From positions 1 through 61,188 of the IMG/VR virus record IMGVR_UViG_3300021088_000012: DNA of 61,188 nt; one strand, given 5' to 3'. The notes below the pieces were generated by a model. The model did no database searches. It was not told the DNA's origin and saw nothing but the letters and a program-made list of their open reading frames with translations. The stretch comes from a virus. Lineage: Duplodnaviria > Caudoviricetes. The position numbers were made by a program, and so were the translations under genes. This document shows positions 19,401 through 29,000 of this stretch, piece after piece; the first letter of the stretch is position 1, and each line of letters opens with the position of its first letter.

Positions 19401-20455
19401 ACCAGGAACTCATTTCCCTCAATACTTCCAGTGAACGAGGTAAAAAGTACACCCGGGATAAGCAAAAGATCGATGACAATGCGAATATTGCCCAGGCCCA
19501 GGCGGATGCCCAAAATGCCGAAGTACAACGAAATGCCACGCGGGAAGGTACTCAGGACCGTATTGATGCCGATAAAAGGCTAACGGATTCGGCTCTGAAA
19601 TTGAGCGAGACTATCCGCCAAAAGAAACAAGATGGCATTGATGCTACCCGGGAACAAGCCGAACAGGGGATGCAGGAAGTACAGCTCGTAGGGGATGCAC
19701 TTATCAGCCTCTCCTCAATAGCCTATAACGTTCAGAAACAGCACCTCGCTGACCTGGAAATTATGGAACAACGGTCCTATGACCGACAGGCGAAAAATAT
19801 TCAGGATTCGACGGCATCACAGGAACAGCAGGCCGTACGCATGAAGATACTAGACGATCAGCGGGCAAATCAGAAATTGCTCAATGACAGGAAGCAGCGG
19901 CAACTGGATATTCAGAAGGCAGAATTCGACAAGGCGAAGGCTATCATGGATATTATTCTGAATACGGCGGCCTCTGTTACAAAAGCCCTTGATGTTCCGG
20001 TTCTAGCCGCTGCGATAGCAATTGCCGGCGCCGCGGAACTTGCCCTGGCAATTGCCACACCTATCCCGAAGTACCGGGCAGGTACAAAGGATCACCCTGG
20101 CGGCCCTGCTATAGTCGGAGATGCCTATGAGAAGGAACTTATCCTGGAGCCCGGGAAAGAGGCCCGTTGGTCTTCTGACCGGCCAACGGTTGAATCTCTT
20201 ATGAAGCATACAAAGGTCATTCCCCGGGCAAAGATTGAACAGTGGGCTATGTCGGGTATGTTCGTCAATCAGCAGGGAATATTGATTCAGGGGCAAATCG
20301 ACAATAAAAAAGAACTGAGGGATTTAAGGGATGCGATTGTCTGGCAGACGCAACGCCTGGAAGGAGCCGCGGCTAAAAACAACCGGAAAGTGGTGGTAGT
20401 GAATAAAATAGATCATTCCTGGGGAGATTATATTCAAAGTAAAGTTTTTCAATAA
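16463..20455 (+). CDS. Tape measure protein
   Basis: 1330 aa, Ala-rich and coiled-coil; NVGNY, LISTGIGAIIIGL, ATPIPKYRAGTKDHPGGPAIVGD. Confidence 0.93.
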   Translation: MPLDRIDSYFDVPAIQAEFAAIKAGLAESQTNLVGLYSVIKSFKDTSISSLAQNTDNLSQAIVGTVQATTKAKISYDELTQRIAAQVKTVNESITSVNQNTVAYDKLIQQAVRNKIANDDLAASASALKKSYDSGQSTLEQYTASLADIKTAQQSLKVSNQDVTKTLNSLEKQAQSSAGSTDQLRARLAELQSAYDKLNEVERASEGGQGLLKTIQTTDQAVKSLEGTTGRFKSNVGNYSEAFGEGFAVLKEQLAGVNKQLSEIETRGKTAVNNLGGGNPIGFDSSRHKGPTDSFGSTGSTSSILNEDSVAYQKLTLEQKILEGSLSRQQIGFKTFNQEARNVKLTLDALALAGLQNTEGFEKLNASYTSAEQKVKDLHKEQAILTSDAPALTALTGIARGLGGVYAFGAGAAGIFADGNEKLEKELNKLVAIMTFLQGLEEAVTALKDRNAIATALQTEGTKALNVVRKIEAAIFGTTTITTEENTVAKEANAAASVLNTEALAENAAGAEVQAAAVEGVTIAEGAATVATISFRTALISTGIGAIIIGLIYGITKLVGAISDWVGEDERAEKAQAALAESNSKLLATFKELKEVYEIVGKERIEQLMRESQLTKDAGKNQFLQLADEQKIADKRVENAKKFVEQYSISEKTVSDLNEKRKFDLQTLQGFQESLSNAQQKLRKDNSSANKKEVESLEKLTEQSEKDAKNSTTKYQIAADGYKESLESQNDADGVRLRTAKAAADELAKLTTDAAQRRYDTEKNAADRILNLPTSTESQKLAAIKSGYEAEDMLAQSRIKDIIKQIKAETITRKDGEDQISNISTALRMKQIKAQDDDIAIKREYYERDRDAALAASKAKLEDQIKLAQDLQQGKNQNNPNSLQPAEPVGLDQRLKGLSDEYAARKEMLNEELKVELDKEGLTAEEKTAIYTKYTSNITQLNRDFQKTYLELEEEARQKSLQDWNKYYTRRKEQITENQNQELISLNTSSERGKKYTRDKQKIDDNANIAQAQADAQNAEVQRNATREGTQDRIDADKRLTDSALKLSETIRQKKQDGIDATREQAEQGMQEVQLVGDALISLSSIAYNVQKQHLADLEIMEQRSYDRQAKNIQDSTASQEQQAVRMKILDDQRANQKLLNDRKQRQLDIQKAEFDKAKAIMDIILNTAASVTKALDVPVLAAAIAIAGAAELALAIATPIPKYRAGTKDHPGGPAIVGDAYEKELILEPGKEARWSSDRPTVESLMKHTKVIPRAKIEQWAMSGMFVNQQGILIQGQIDNKKELRDLRDAIVWQTQRLEGAAAKNNRKVVVVNKIDHSWGDYIQSKVFQ

Positions 20456-23400
20456 ATGGGGATTCAACGTAGATACTGGCTTTTTTTCTTGCAGGACGCT
20501 CCGTCTCAGATGTGCTATTATATTGACTCAATGGGCAATATCCAGAAAGGGAATGTACTGCTCGGTGATGATCTTTCTCTTCCTCAGTCTCCTGGCGGAT
20601 GGGATGAAATACAGCTTTCGTTTGGACGAAATGCCCATTATTGGGGTATCAACAGGACCTTTACCATTCCGCTGAAATTCATCGGAGATGGAGCGAAGAT
20701 TATCCGGCATCTTTTTTATACTGGCCGCGGCATTGAATCTCCGGTAAACCTAGTGATTTGTAAATGGGATGATGTTACCGGTGTTTTCCGTCTTTATTAT
20801 TCGGGCCAGTTGGATCTCATCAAAATAGAGGATGAGGTCGCCGAAGGGGTCAAAGTCAATATCATGCAGGGAGGTATCCTGCAGGCATTGAAAGCGTATG
20901 AGAATACCGTCTTTGAGATTCCCTGCGACGGATCTATACCAGAAAACATAAAGGTGAATTGTGATGGAATATTGCTCAACGATGTATTTCATTATCAGAT
21001 ACTTAATTGCATTGTTCCTTATCCAGGAGAATTACCACTTCCATGTGGATTTCTTAATAATGATGGTGATAATATAGGGATAACTAGGAATAATCCAGTC
21101 CTGGAGCAACCGTATACTGGCTATTATCAAAAATCTACAAACTTCCTTTTTTCATCTGAGGAGGCGATAACTGTGCGAATTCAGGGGAATATTACCATCC
21201 TTCCGGATTGGCGTGTGAATAATACCGGTTTTTATTTGTTCATAGCAACGAGTCTATCCCAACCAAGAGCAGGCGGGATTGATCATGCTGCGGGATTAAT
21301 TCGGCCTTATCATCCGATATCCACAATATGGGAGCCTTTGAATAGCCAGCTTAATGTAATAGGACAAATACAATTTCATTTTGATGCTACGATTAATTTA
21401 GCAGCTAAAGAAAATCTCTTTCTTTTATTTTTCAATGATTTCGCAGCTTTTCCTCTTACAATAATAGGCGGTTCGTTCAGTTTGACTTTCAGTTCTAGAT
21501 ATAAGGCTTCCCGGGTATGGGGGATACGCCCTTATGATTTGGGAAAATTGATAATTAAGCAAATGAATGCTCTTTCATCAAATTTTGTTCAGACGTTCAA
21601 TTATCTGTTCGATTCAATGCTTTTGCAGAATAATCCGAACCTGGTGGTAACATCCGGGGATGCACTCAGAGCAAGCACCGATCCGAATTATTTTCAGTAT
21701 TACAACCAGGCAACGCTGAATCCAGCGAATCCAAACAATCAGTTCTACAATCAATTCGCCAGCCAGGGTCCCGTCATAAAGACAACTATCAGCGATTTCT
21801 TCGATAGTTTCAATGCCATCCTGAATGCGGCGCTGAGTAATCAGCAGTTGCCAGGAGAGGCTGAGAGCTTGTTCATTGAATCGAAAAATTATGTAATGGA
21901 TCCGTCCTTTACAACTATGACCCTGACCAAAATTGCGAACTTCAGAATTAGTATCGCACTGGAGTATTTCTTCAACTGGCTGAAAGTAGGCTATACACCC
22001 CAACAATATGATGAAAAAGCGGGTAAGTATGAATACAACACCCTTATTCAATGGCAGGCACCGATAAAGACCCTCGCGAAGGTTCTTGAACTTATGTGTA
22101 AATACCGGGCTGATAGCTATGGGATAGAGTATACCCGTTATAATACCCAGGGGGGAAAGTCATCTACCTTTAATCAGTCTGACAATAGCGTTTTCCTATT
22201 GAATACAGACTTCAGCGCTTCGATAGCTGATTTTTATAATGCGTATTTTATCTCCGGGGTTCCACTGGCTTCCTCTATTACCAATACAGATCAGAAACTC
22301 ACCCCGAATCAATCCTATTTACCTGTATATCTTGATACATTGGATGGGGAGTATTTCACAGCCTTGAATGATTTCTCCATCTTCATGTTCAATCAGCCGG
22401 CACCCGGAACGCAATCTATTTCTGTCAGCACTCCAACGCCTGCGCTGTTAAATGGGTTGATTGGGGATTCGGCTACGATCAATATGTATATTAATGGAAT
22501 TTTAATTCAAAGTTGGAGCCAATTGGTCAGCGGGGTAAATACGCCCTTCAATATCGTTTATTCTTCTTCCAGGGCATTCGCGAAAGGGGATAATATTTAC
22601 TTTACGGTATCCACGGTCCGAACCTGCACAGTGGAAATTACTGATTTTATCATTGCCATTGGTTCTGGATACTGGTCAGCGGAAACCAGCGGTCCGATCA
22701 ATATTTCAGCCGGATCCACACAGCAGACCATTTCCCTGCCAAATATTGTGGCCACCATGATCACCATCGGGGGAATACAGATTCCAGTTGTCAGTTCTGG
22801 CTTTCAATATTTTACCTTCCTGTCTAATGTTCACAATAAAAACTTCAATTGGTCATTTGGGGTCTCTGTCTATCATCAGGGTAATTCCAGCGAAACGGCT
22901 ACTTTCGATGTGTGGAAAAACGGGGTAAATATCGGCACGGTGTCCTTCAACGGTAATTCGAATATCCTGACCTGGTTCAACCCGCCGGTCGTCACGGGCG
23001 GATTTTCGCTGCCACCGGTCAACTTCAGCGGTAATATTACCTTCAACCTTTATGATATCGTATGGATCACCGGGTCGGACACGAACATCAATACCTATAT
23101 TACGAACTGCCAACTTCTTTTTGACTCTACCGGAGTAGATGCTTATAAACTTTTACGGTTGACCTATTCGAATGTTTCGGGTATTCCGAATCCGCAGACA
23201 GCTTTCAACCTGGAGCAATTGACTCCAAAGAGAATGCTAAATTCGAATAGCAATCTTCTTTCACCCGTCCTATTCAACCAGGCGCCCGGAAGCCTTAAAT
23301 TCCAGACCTCAGACAAAAATCAATTTTTGAGTACAACGCTGGCAGGAGTTACCGTTACCGAGAATACGAATGTGGATATTCATGATCTTGCGCCTCCTCT

Positions 23401-24583
23401 CTACTATCCGCTTCTTTTCGAATTCGATACGGAGGTGCCGATCAATTTTGCCGATCTATTCAATAATGCCGCAAACGGTCATATTGAGTTCATTTATAAC
23501 GGGATATCATTCTGGGGTTTCCCTATTCAGGTAACTGCAAAACCCGCCTTTAATGAATCTCAGACCTGGAAACTCCTTTGTTCACCCAAAACGAACCTGT
23601 CCGATCTGGTGAACCTGGATTGGACCGGGCTGCAAGCACTTATGCCTTTAGATATTTCCATCCCGATTATCAGCCCGATTCATTTCGTTCCCCTGGGTTA
23701 TGTTAAACCAGACGTATACAAGAACAACACGATGGACCAGGATCTTTATAGGAACCGGATACTCGCCTGGATCGATACGAGCGATTATACAGCACCCCGG
23801 CAGAATGATGAGCCGATCCCTTTACAATTTCAATCCGGGGCACTGAGCCCTGCCACCGTGCAGGTATTGAACAATTTAGGACAGGATGTGGGGGCGCCGA
23901 TCAATATCCCCAGCATTACGGACCCGGCCATCAATGTACCACAGTTGCTTTTCCAGGGTTTAATTTCGCTGAACGCTTTACCGGATGGGATTTACTATTT
24001 TCTTCTCTCCGTGGGGACGGGTCCGGCAACCGGTCAGTTTATTTCCGAAGGGATTTATATAAAGGCTAATTGGGACTATAATACCATTCGCCTGGATTAT
24101 TCGAATACTACCAATAAATTGGCCACGGTATTTACGGCAAATCCTGGATTCAATATCCGGGTTCACGGGCAGATCAACCGGTATACTCCGAAAAGCAAGT
24201 TCACAACGTTCGTGGACCAGCCGCAGGATATTGACCTGCTGAACGCGATACCTTACGATACCTGGCGGCTGGAGATCGGGCGGTCCTCAGGGATCCCGGA
24301 CTATATGATGCGCAAGATTGCCCGCATATTCGATCTGGATACCGTTTTTATCGATGGGGATCAGTATACGAGGGATGGGGAAGCTCAATGGGAAAAACAG
24401 AACTTCCCAGGGCAACCGAAGGAATATTTGAGTTTAGAGATCCGCAGGGCAAAAAACATCGATGCGATCACCCTGAATACGTCCGGACAGTTGACGAGTG
24501 ATATGGAGGGGGGTTATGTTTTGGATCCACAGGCATTTGGAGCTGGACCGACGCAACCTTTGATCGAAGTAAATGGCAGTTAA
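20456..24583 (+). CDS. Large tail tip / hub protein
   Basis: 1375 aa after the tape measure; PGGWDEI, YRADSYGIE, FNLEQLTPKRML; no signal peptide. Confidence 0.78.
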   Translation: MGIQRRYWLFFLQDAPSQMCYYIDSMGNIQKGNVLLGDDLSLPQSPGGWDEIQLSFGRNAHYWGINRTFTIPLKFIGDGAKIIRHLFYTGRGIESPVNLVICKWDDVTGVFRLYYSGQLDLIKIEDEVAEGVKVNIMQGGILQALKAYENTVFEIPCDGSIPENIKVNCDGILLNDVFHYQILNCIVPYPGELPLPCGFLNNDGDNIGITRNNPVLEQPYTGYYQKSTNFLFSSEEAITVRIQGNITILPDWRVNNTGFYLFIATSLSQPRAGGIDHAAGLIRPYHPISTIWEPLNSQLNVIGQIQFHFDATINLAAKENLFLLFFNDFAAFPLTIIGGSFSLTFSSRYKASRVWGIRPYDLGKLIIKQMNALSSNFVQTFNYLFDSMLLQNNPNLVVTSGDALRASTDPNYFQYYNQATLNPANPNNQFYNQFASQGPVIKTTISDFFDSFNAILNAALSNQQLPGEAESLFIESKNYVMDPSFTTMTLTKIANFRISIALEYFFNWLKVGYTPQQYDEKAGKYEYNTLIQWQAPIKTLAKVLELMCKYRADSYGIEYTRYNTQGGKSSTFNQSDNSVFLLNTDFSASIADFYNAYFISGVPLASSITNTDQKLTPNQSYLPVYLDTLDGEYFTALNDFSIFMFNQPAPGTQSISVSTPTPALLNGLIGDSATINMYINGILIQSWSQLVSGVNTPFNIVYSSSRAFAKGDNIYFTVSTVRTCTVEITDFIIAIGSGYWSAETSGPINISAGSTQQTISLPNIVATMITIGGIQIPVVSSGFQYFTFLSNVHNKNFNWSFGVSVYHQGNSSETATFDVWKNGVNIGTVSFNGNSNILTWFNPPVVTGGFSLPPVNFSGNITFNLYDIVWITGSDTNINTYITNCQLLFDSTGVDAYKLLRLTYSNVSGIPNPQTAFNLEQLTPKRMLNSNSNLLSPVLFNQAPGSLKFQTSDKNQFLSTTLAGVTVTENTNVDIHDLAPPLYYPLLFEFDTEVPINFADLFNNAANGHIEFIYNGISFWGFPIQVTAKPAFNESQTWKLLCSPKTNLSDLVNLDWTGLQALMPLDISIPIISPIHFVPLGYVKPDVYKNNTMDQDLYRNRILAWIDTSDYTAPRQNDEPIPLQFQSGALSPATVQVLNNLGQDVGAPINIPSITDPAINVPQLLFQGLISLNALPDGIYYFLLSVGTGPATGQFISEGIYIKANWDYNTIRLDYSNTTNKLATVFTANPGFNIRVHGQINRYTPKSKFTTFVDQPQDIDLLNAIPYDTWRLEIGRSSGIPDYMMRKIARIFDLDTVFIDGDQYTRDGEAQWEKQNFPGQPKEYLSLEIRRAKNIDAITLNTSGQLTSDMEGGYVLDPQAFGAGPTQPLIEVNGS

Positions 24584-24596
24584 ATAACTGATTATT

Positions 24597-26084
24597 ATGA
24601 CACTTTCAATTTTTCAACAGACGAATCCAGTGGGGGCAGGTAATACCTTGGTTGCGGGTATTTATAAAGCTTCTGCCCCATCAGTGCTGATTGCTTTTTA
24701 TGAATTTCCAGGGCCTTATACCGGTGCTACCCAGTTGCATACCTTCCCTGGCCTGGCTAATGTTGTCTATAATTATGTTCTGTACGAATCTCCTGATCAC
24801 CTGGCGGATGGAACGGTCCGTAATAGTTTCAGCGTTCAACCGAATGCAAATGCCTTCAATTTCCGGGATCCTCTTTACCTGGAAGCTAATACAAGTCCTT
24901 TCTTCGCTTCAGGGACTAATTTTTATGGTCAGGATAGTTCTCTGATAGGATGGAATTGGTATCTTGAACAAGTCGCATCAGGGACCCAGCATTATGCAGA
25001 AATATGGACAAAAACAATTGCTGGAGTGCCAACCACCCAGGACGATACTACGGCTGATGGCTGGAAATTGACTCAGGTAGGGAATATCATAGCCCCTGAT
25101 GAAAGATGGGTTATTCATTTTCTTCCTCAATTGGGAGCGATATCCTCACCTGCCAGCGGAACATTTATTTCAGGAACCACCCTTTTGACAGCCAATACGA
25201 TCCTGGATGCCTCTGCGGTAGGCCAAGCCTTCATTCTACAAGGCGGGGGCGGCTATTTAAATATCACTTTGCCCGATATTAATACAGTACCGGATAATGA
25301 GCCCATTTTTTTAAATAGTAATGGAGGTTCTCATATAAATGCTGGGATTACCTGTTTCAGCGGACAGTTTTTTCAATGGTTCAATAATCAGAGCAATCTT
25401 CCGAGCACGTATGCTTCATCCATTTATTTAGGTCAAGAGGAAGACATTTTCGTTTATAGGTTCACTTTCCCTGGCGGCGCTAAAAGATGGATTGTTTGCG
25501 GAGATAAATCAGGCATGCGCATGGTTGGGGAAACTATTTATGATTATTCTCAACTTCCATTCAATACACTATTTGCGAATGGACAATATTTATCAAGAAC
25601 CAATTATGCTCGTTTATGGGCATGGGTTCAGGCTACCCCGAATATTCTGATAGCAAATAGCACATTTGACAATACAAGCATAATTCATGGAACCTCTTAC
25701 TTTATCAATCACGGTAAATTTTCCGATGGGGATGGATCGACAACCTTCAGACTTCCTATTTTGTGGCAATATGGATATCAACGCGCTAAGTCTGGAGTAG
25801 TTGGATCTCATTCTAATAATGGTTATCCTGGCGATCTGGATGCTCAATCTGTTGGAACGCATACCCAGCCGACACATGCCTTCGGAGCGATTACAGGAGC
25901 TGGCCATAACTGGTTTTTATCGAATTCGTCAGGAGGGAGATATTCTGCCGGTGGTGGTGATACTTTTGGTGGAAAAATGGATGCAATAGATACCGAGATG
26001 AAAACCGGTTATCCAGATAATACGAATATTGATGGGGAGAATCTTCCCACTTCGACAGGAATTTACGCATTAATAAGATGTTAA
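24597..26084 (+). CDS. Tail fibre protein with tail-collar domain
   Basis: ANGQYLSRTNYARLWAW...FSDGDGSTTFRLP collar motif; no signal peptide. Confidence 0.82.
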   Translation: MTLSIFQQTNPVGAGNTLVAGIYKASAPSVLIAFYEFPGPYTGATQLHTFPGLANVVYNYVLYESPDHLADGTVRNSFSVQPNANAFNFRDPLYLEANTSPFFASGTNFYGQDSSLIGWNWYLEQVASGTQHYAEIWTKTIAGVPTTQDDTTADGWKLTQVGNIIAPDERWVIHFLPQLGAISSPASGTFISGTTLLTANTILDASAVGQAFILQGGGGYLNITLPDINTVPDNEPIFLNSNGGSHINAGITCFSGQFFQWFNNQSNLPSTYASSIYLGQEEDIFVYRFTFPGGAKRWIVCGDKSGMRMVGETIYDYSQLPFNTLFANGQYLSRTNYARLWAWVQATPNILIANSTFDNTSIIHGTSYFINHGKFSDGDGSTTFRLPILWQYGYQRAKSGVVGSHSNNGYPGDLDAQSVGTHTQPTHAFGAITGAGHNWFLSNSSGGRYSAGGGDTFGGKMDAIDTEMKTGYPDNTNIDGENLPTSTGIYALIRC

Positions 26085-26095
26085 TTTTGTAGAAC

Positions 26096-29000
26096 ATGAA
26101 AAAAATATTTCTCTTCGCCCTGATTATTTATAGTTTTTCAGCTTTCGCGCAATATCCATCGCCGGTATTTACGAAACCAAATAATTCTTATGGAACTATT
26201 TTAAATGGATTTTCTCCGGATAGTGTATTTTACTTTCCAACAGGATGCGGAGTGCCGACGGATACTACTTTCCTGCATGCTCAACAAAATGGAGGTAAAG
26301 CGCAGAAATTGAGAAAGTGGGCGATTTATGGTGATACTTGTGGGCATAATTCTTATCTATGGGAACCGACTTTACAAATATGGTTCCTGATAAAAACAAA
26401 AGGAGTTGATTCAATTTTTAGAACGCCTGGGATTGATTCTATTTGTTATATATTAAATGGAAGGCAGCATTGCTTTTTGGATAGCGCTGGAGGTGGTGGC
26501 GGCGGAATTGATTCAACACTTCTTACAGGGCTTTGGATAAAAAGAAATTCTGTCGGAACAATCATTACAATCTATGCCGATAGCGCGGCAATGGCCTCTT
26601 ATTTTCTTCGCCGGGCGGACAGTGGCACTAATTATGTAACAGCTGCCCAATTAGGAAAAAAATTGGATACCTCCGTTCACTTCAATATCTACGTGCGAAG
26701 ATTGGGTGCCCCTGGAGATACGCTCCTCACAGCTTCAGACAGTACCTTACACGTAGCAGCCCAGCGAGACAGCATTGATGCGCATCATGTCATAAATCCA
26801 GATCTATCCTGGACGTGGTATGTGCAGGCGCATGATAGCACTTCCGCCAATGCCTTGGAGACCGAGTATGGGGCTGATACTGCGCGACTGGCGGTAAATG
26901 CAGCTTTAGCCAATAAAGTAACAAATGGAGGCGCTTCCAAAAGCTTTACTACGGGACTACTTTCAAGCCGGCCAGCAGCATCGAACTGTCAGTGCTATTA
27001 TGGCTCAACAACAGATTCGGTTCTCTATTACGATAATGGCGCATGGATTCCTATGGGAAGAGCAGGATCGGGGAGTAGCCTACTATTGAACAATCTTCTT
27101 TCTATCAATGGAGGCATAGGCCAATTGGGAGGCACATCAGCGAAGCCTAATACAACGCTTGGCTTTCATAATACCGATACTCTTACATACGACAGTCTAA
27201 AGAACCTCATTATCAGGGGCATGCCCTTATTGACCTCCTCTGCCGGGGCCTATGTAGTAGTGAGAGACAGCATCACCGGAAAATTATACGATATACCGGC
27301 ACAGCAGACTGACACTACCGGAGTAGCAGCAGGCATAGCCGCCGGAAATCTCATGATCGCTGTTTGGAATGGGGTGACGAATAAAGTTGTTTTTCAGGCA
27401 CTTCCATTAGGGCCATTCATTGTGAATAATAACTGGGTGGTGGCCAGTAATGTTTTAGATAGCGTGTGTATAAATTGCAAAGTCGCCCAAGCCCCTCTTA
27501 CGGATAGCGGAACTTTTGCTTTGAACGGTTTTCTGGGAGGAACGAATACCGTTACCACTAACCATGACTCTACGCAGACTCGTTATATAGTTGTGAACTA
27601 CCAGGGATCTGCTAAAATAGCTAATCAGTTAGATGTCACCTTAAATCAAGGGGCCACAACTGATACTACCTCTATGAATGTTATCGATATTAATTTACAT
27701 GATAACAATCAATCAAAACATGCTTCCATAAATGGCATTAATTTCAATATCCGAAAACAAACTGTCGGCGGCACTTTGGAAAATTTCACCGGAATTAATA
27801 TATCGTTGGTTCCTTCAGCCGGGGATTCTTTGGGAGGACTAAATTCTATTTTTCATCCGAATATTTTCAACCCATCCGGGTATGTTGGCACGATCGCTGC
27901 ATTCGATGCGGGGTTCCCGGCAGGTAGTTACAGCAACATAAACAAGATCATCGGTCTAAACTTCGGTAGTGGAGGAACAGCAACAGCCCAAAATGGAATC
28001 ATAGGAGTAAATGTTGGTGTTAGTGCAGCAGCTAACAATTATGGGATTAATTCTTTTGGGACTGCTAACAATCTTATGAATGGCCCATTGATCTTGAATA
28101 ATGTATTAGGGTCGTCTGGAACGCCAAAATTATTAGTGCATGCAAGCGATAGCAGTGCGAAGGAGATAAAACTAGGTTCTGGATTTTCTGTGTCTAATGA
28201 TACCTTGAATGTAACAGGAGGGGGAGGCGGGTCTACACTTCCATTAAAAGCTATTGGTTTTGGGAATGCCTCAAATACCTTGACAGGGGATACTACTAAA
28301 ATAAAATTCGATTCATCTGGGCAAGGGCATACTTATTTATACGTTAATAATGGCCCTGTAGCAACCGGCGACATTTCTGGTTTTGGCAATAGCATTACGT
28401 TTGGATTAAATGCCAACCCTCAAAATGTTAATGACTGGATTGCGCAATTAGCGTACAACTTAGGAACAACTCCAAATAATCTAGGACTAAGCTCTTCTAC
28501 TCTTGAAAAACAAACACCCCTAAACCCATTTGGGGCAGCGAATGCGATAGATAGAGTAGCCGGAACTATTCCCACAAAAGATGCTACTCATCGATTATTG
28601 GTAATCATGTATGGTATTAATGATGTACGGTATAATGGAGCTAACTACACGACTACTAATTTTGCGCTGGATTATGATACTGTGCTTACTTCCATTTACG
28701 CCAAAGGATGGGATAGCACAACTGTTATAATGACGAGCACTACCTATGTGGATTCAGCAAGCGCTTTCGTCTCTTTTTCCGGGAATCCTATCGCCACTTA
28801 TGCAAGGCAAGCAAGTTTTGATTCGACGATTCAGGCAAGGGCGGCATTTCATCATGTTAAATATGTTGACGTAAAAACGCCAATGATATTGGCAGGTAAA
28901 AAGGATGTATTAAGTTCTGATGGACTTCATCCTTCGAATGCTGGCCATAGGATTATTGCATTGGCGATAGCAAAAGCATTGGATTCCGCTAGAATTGATA

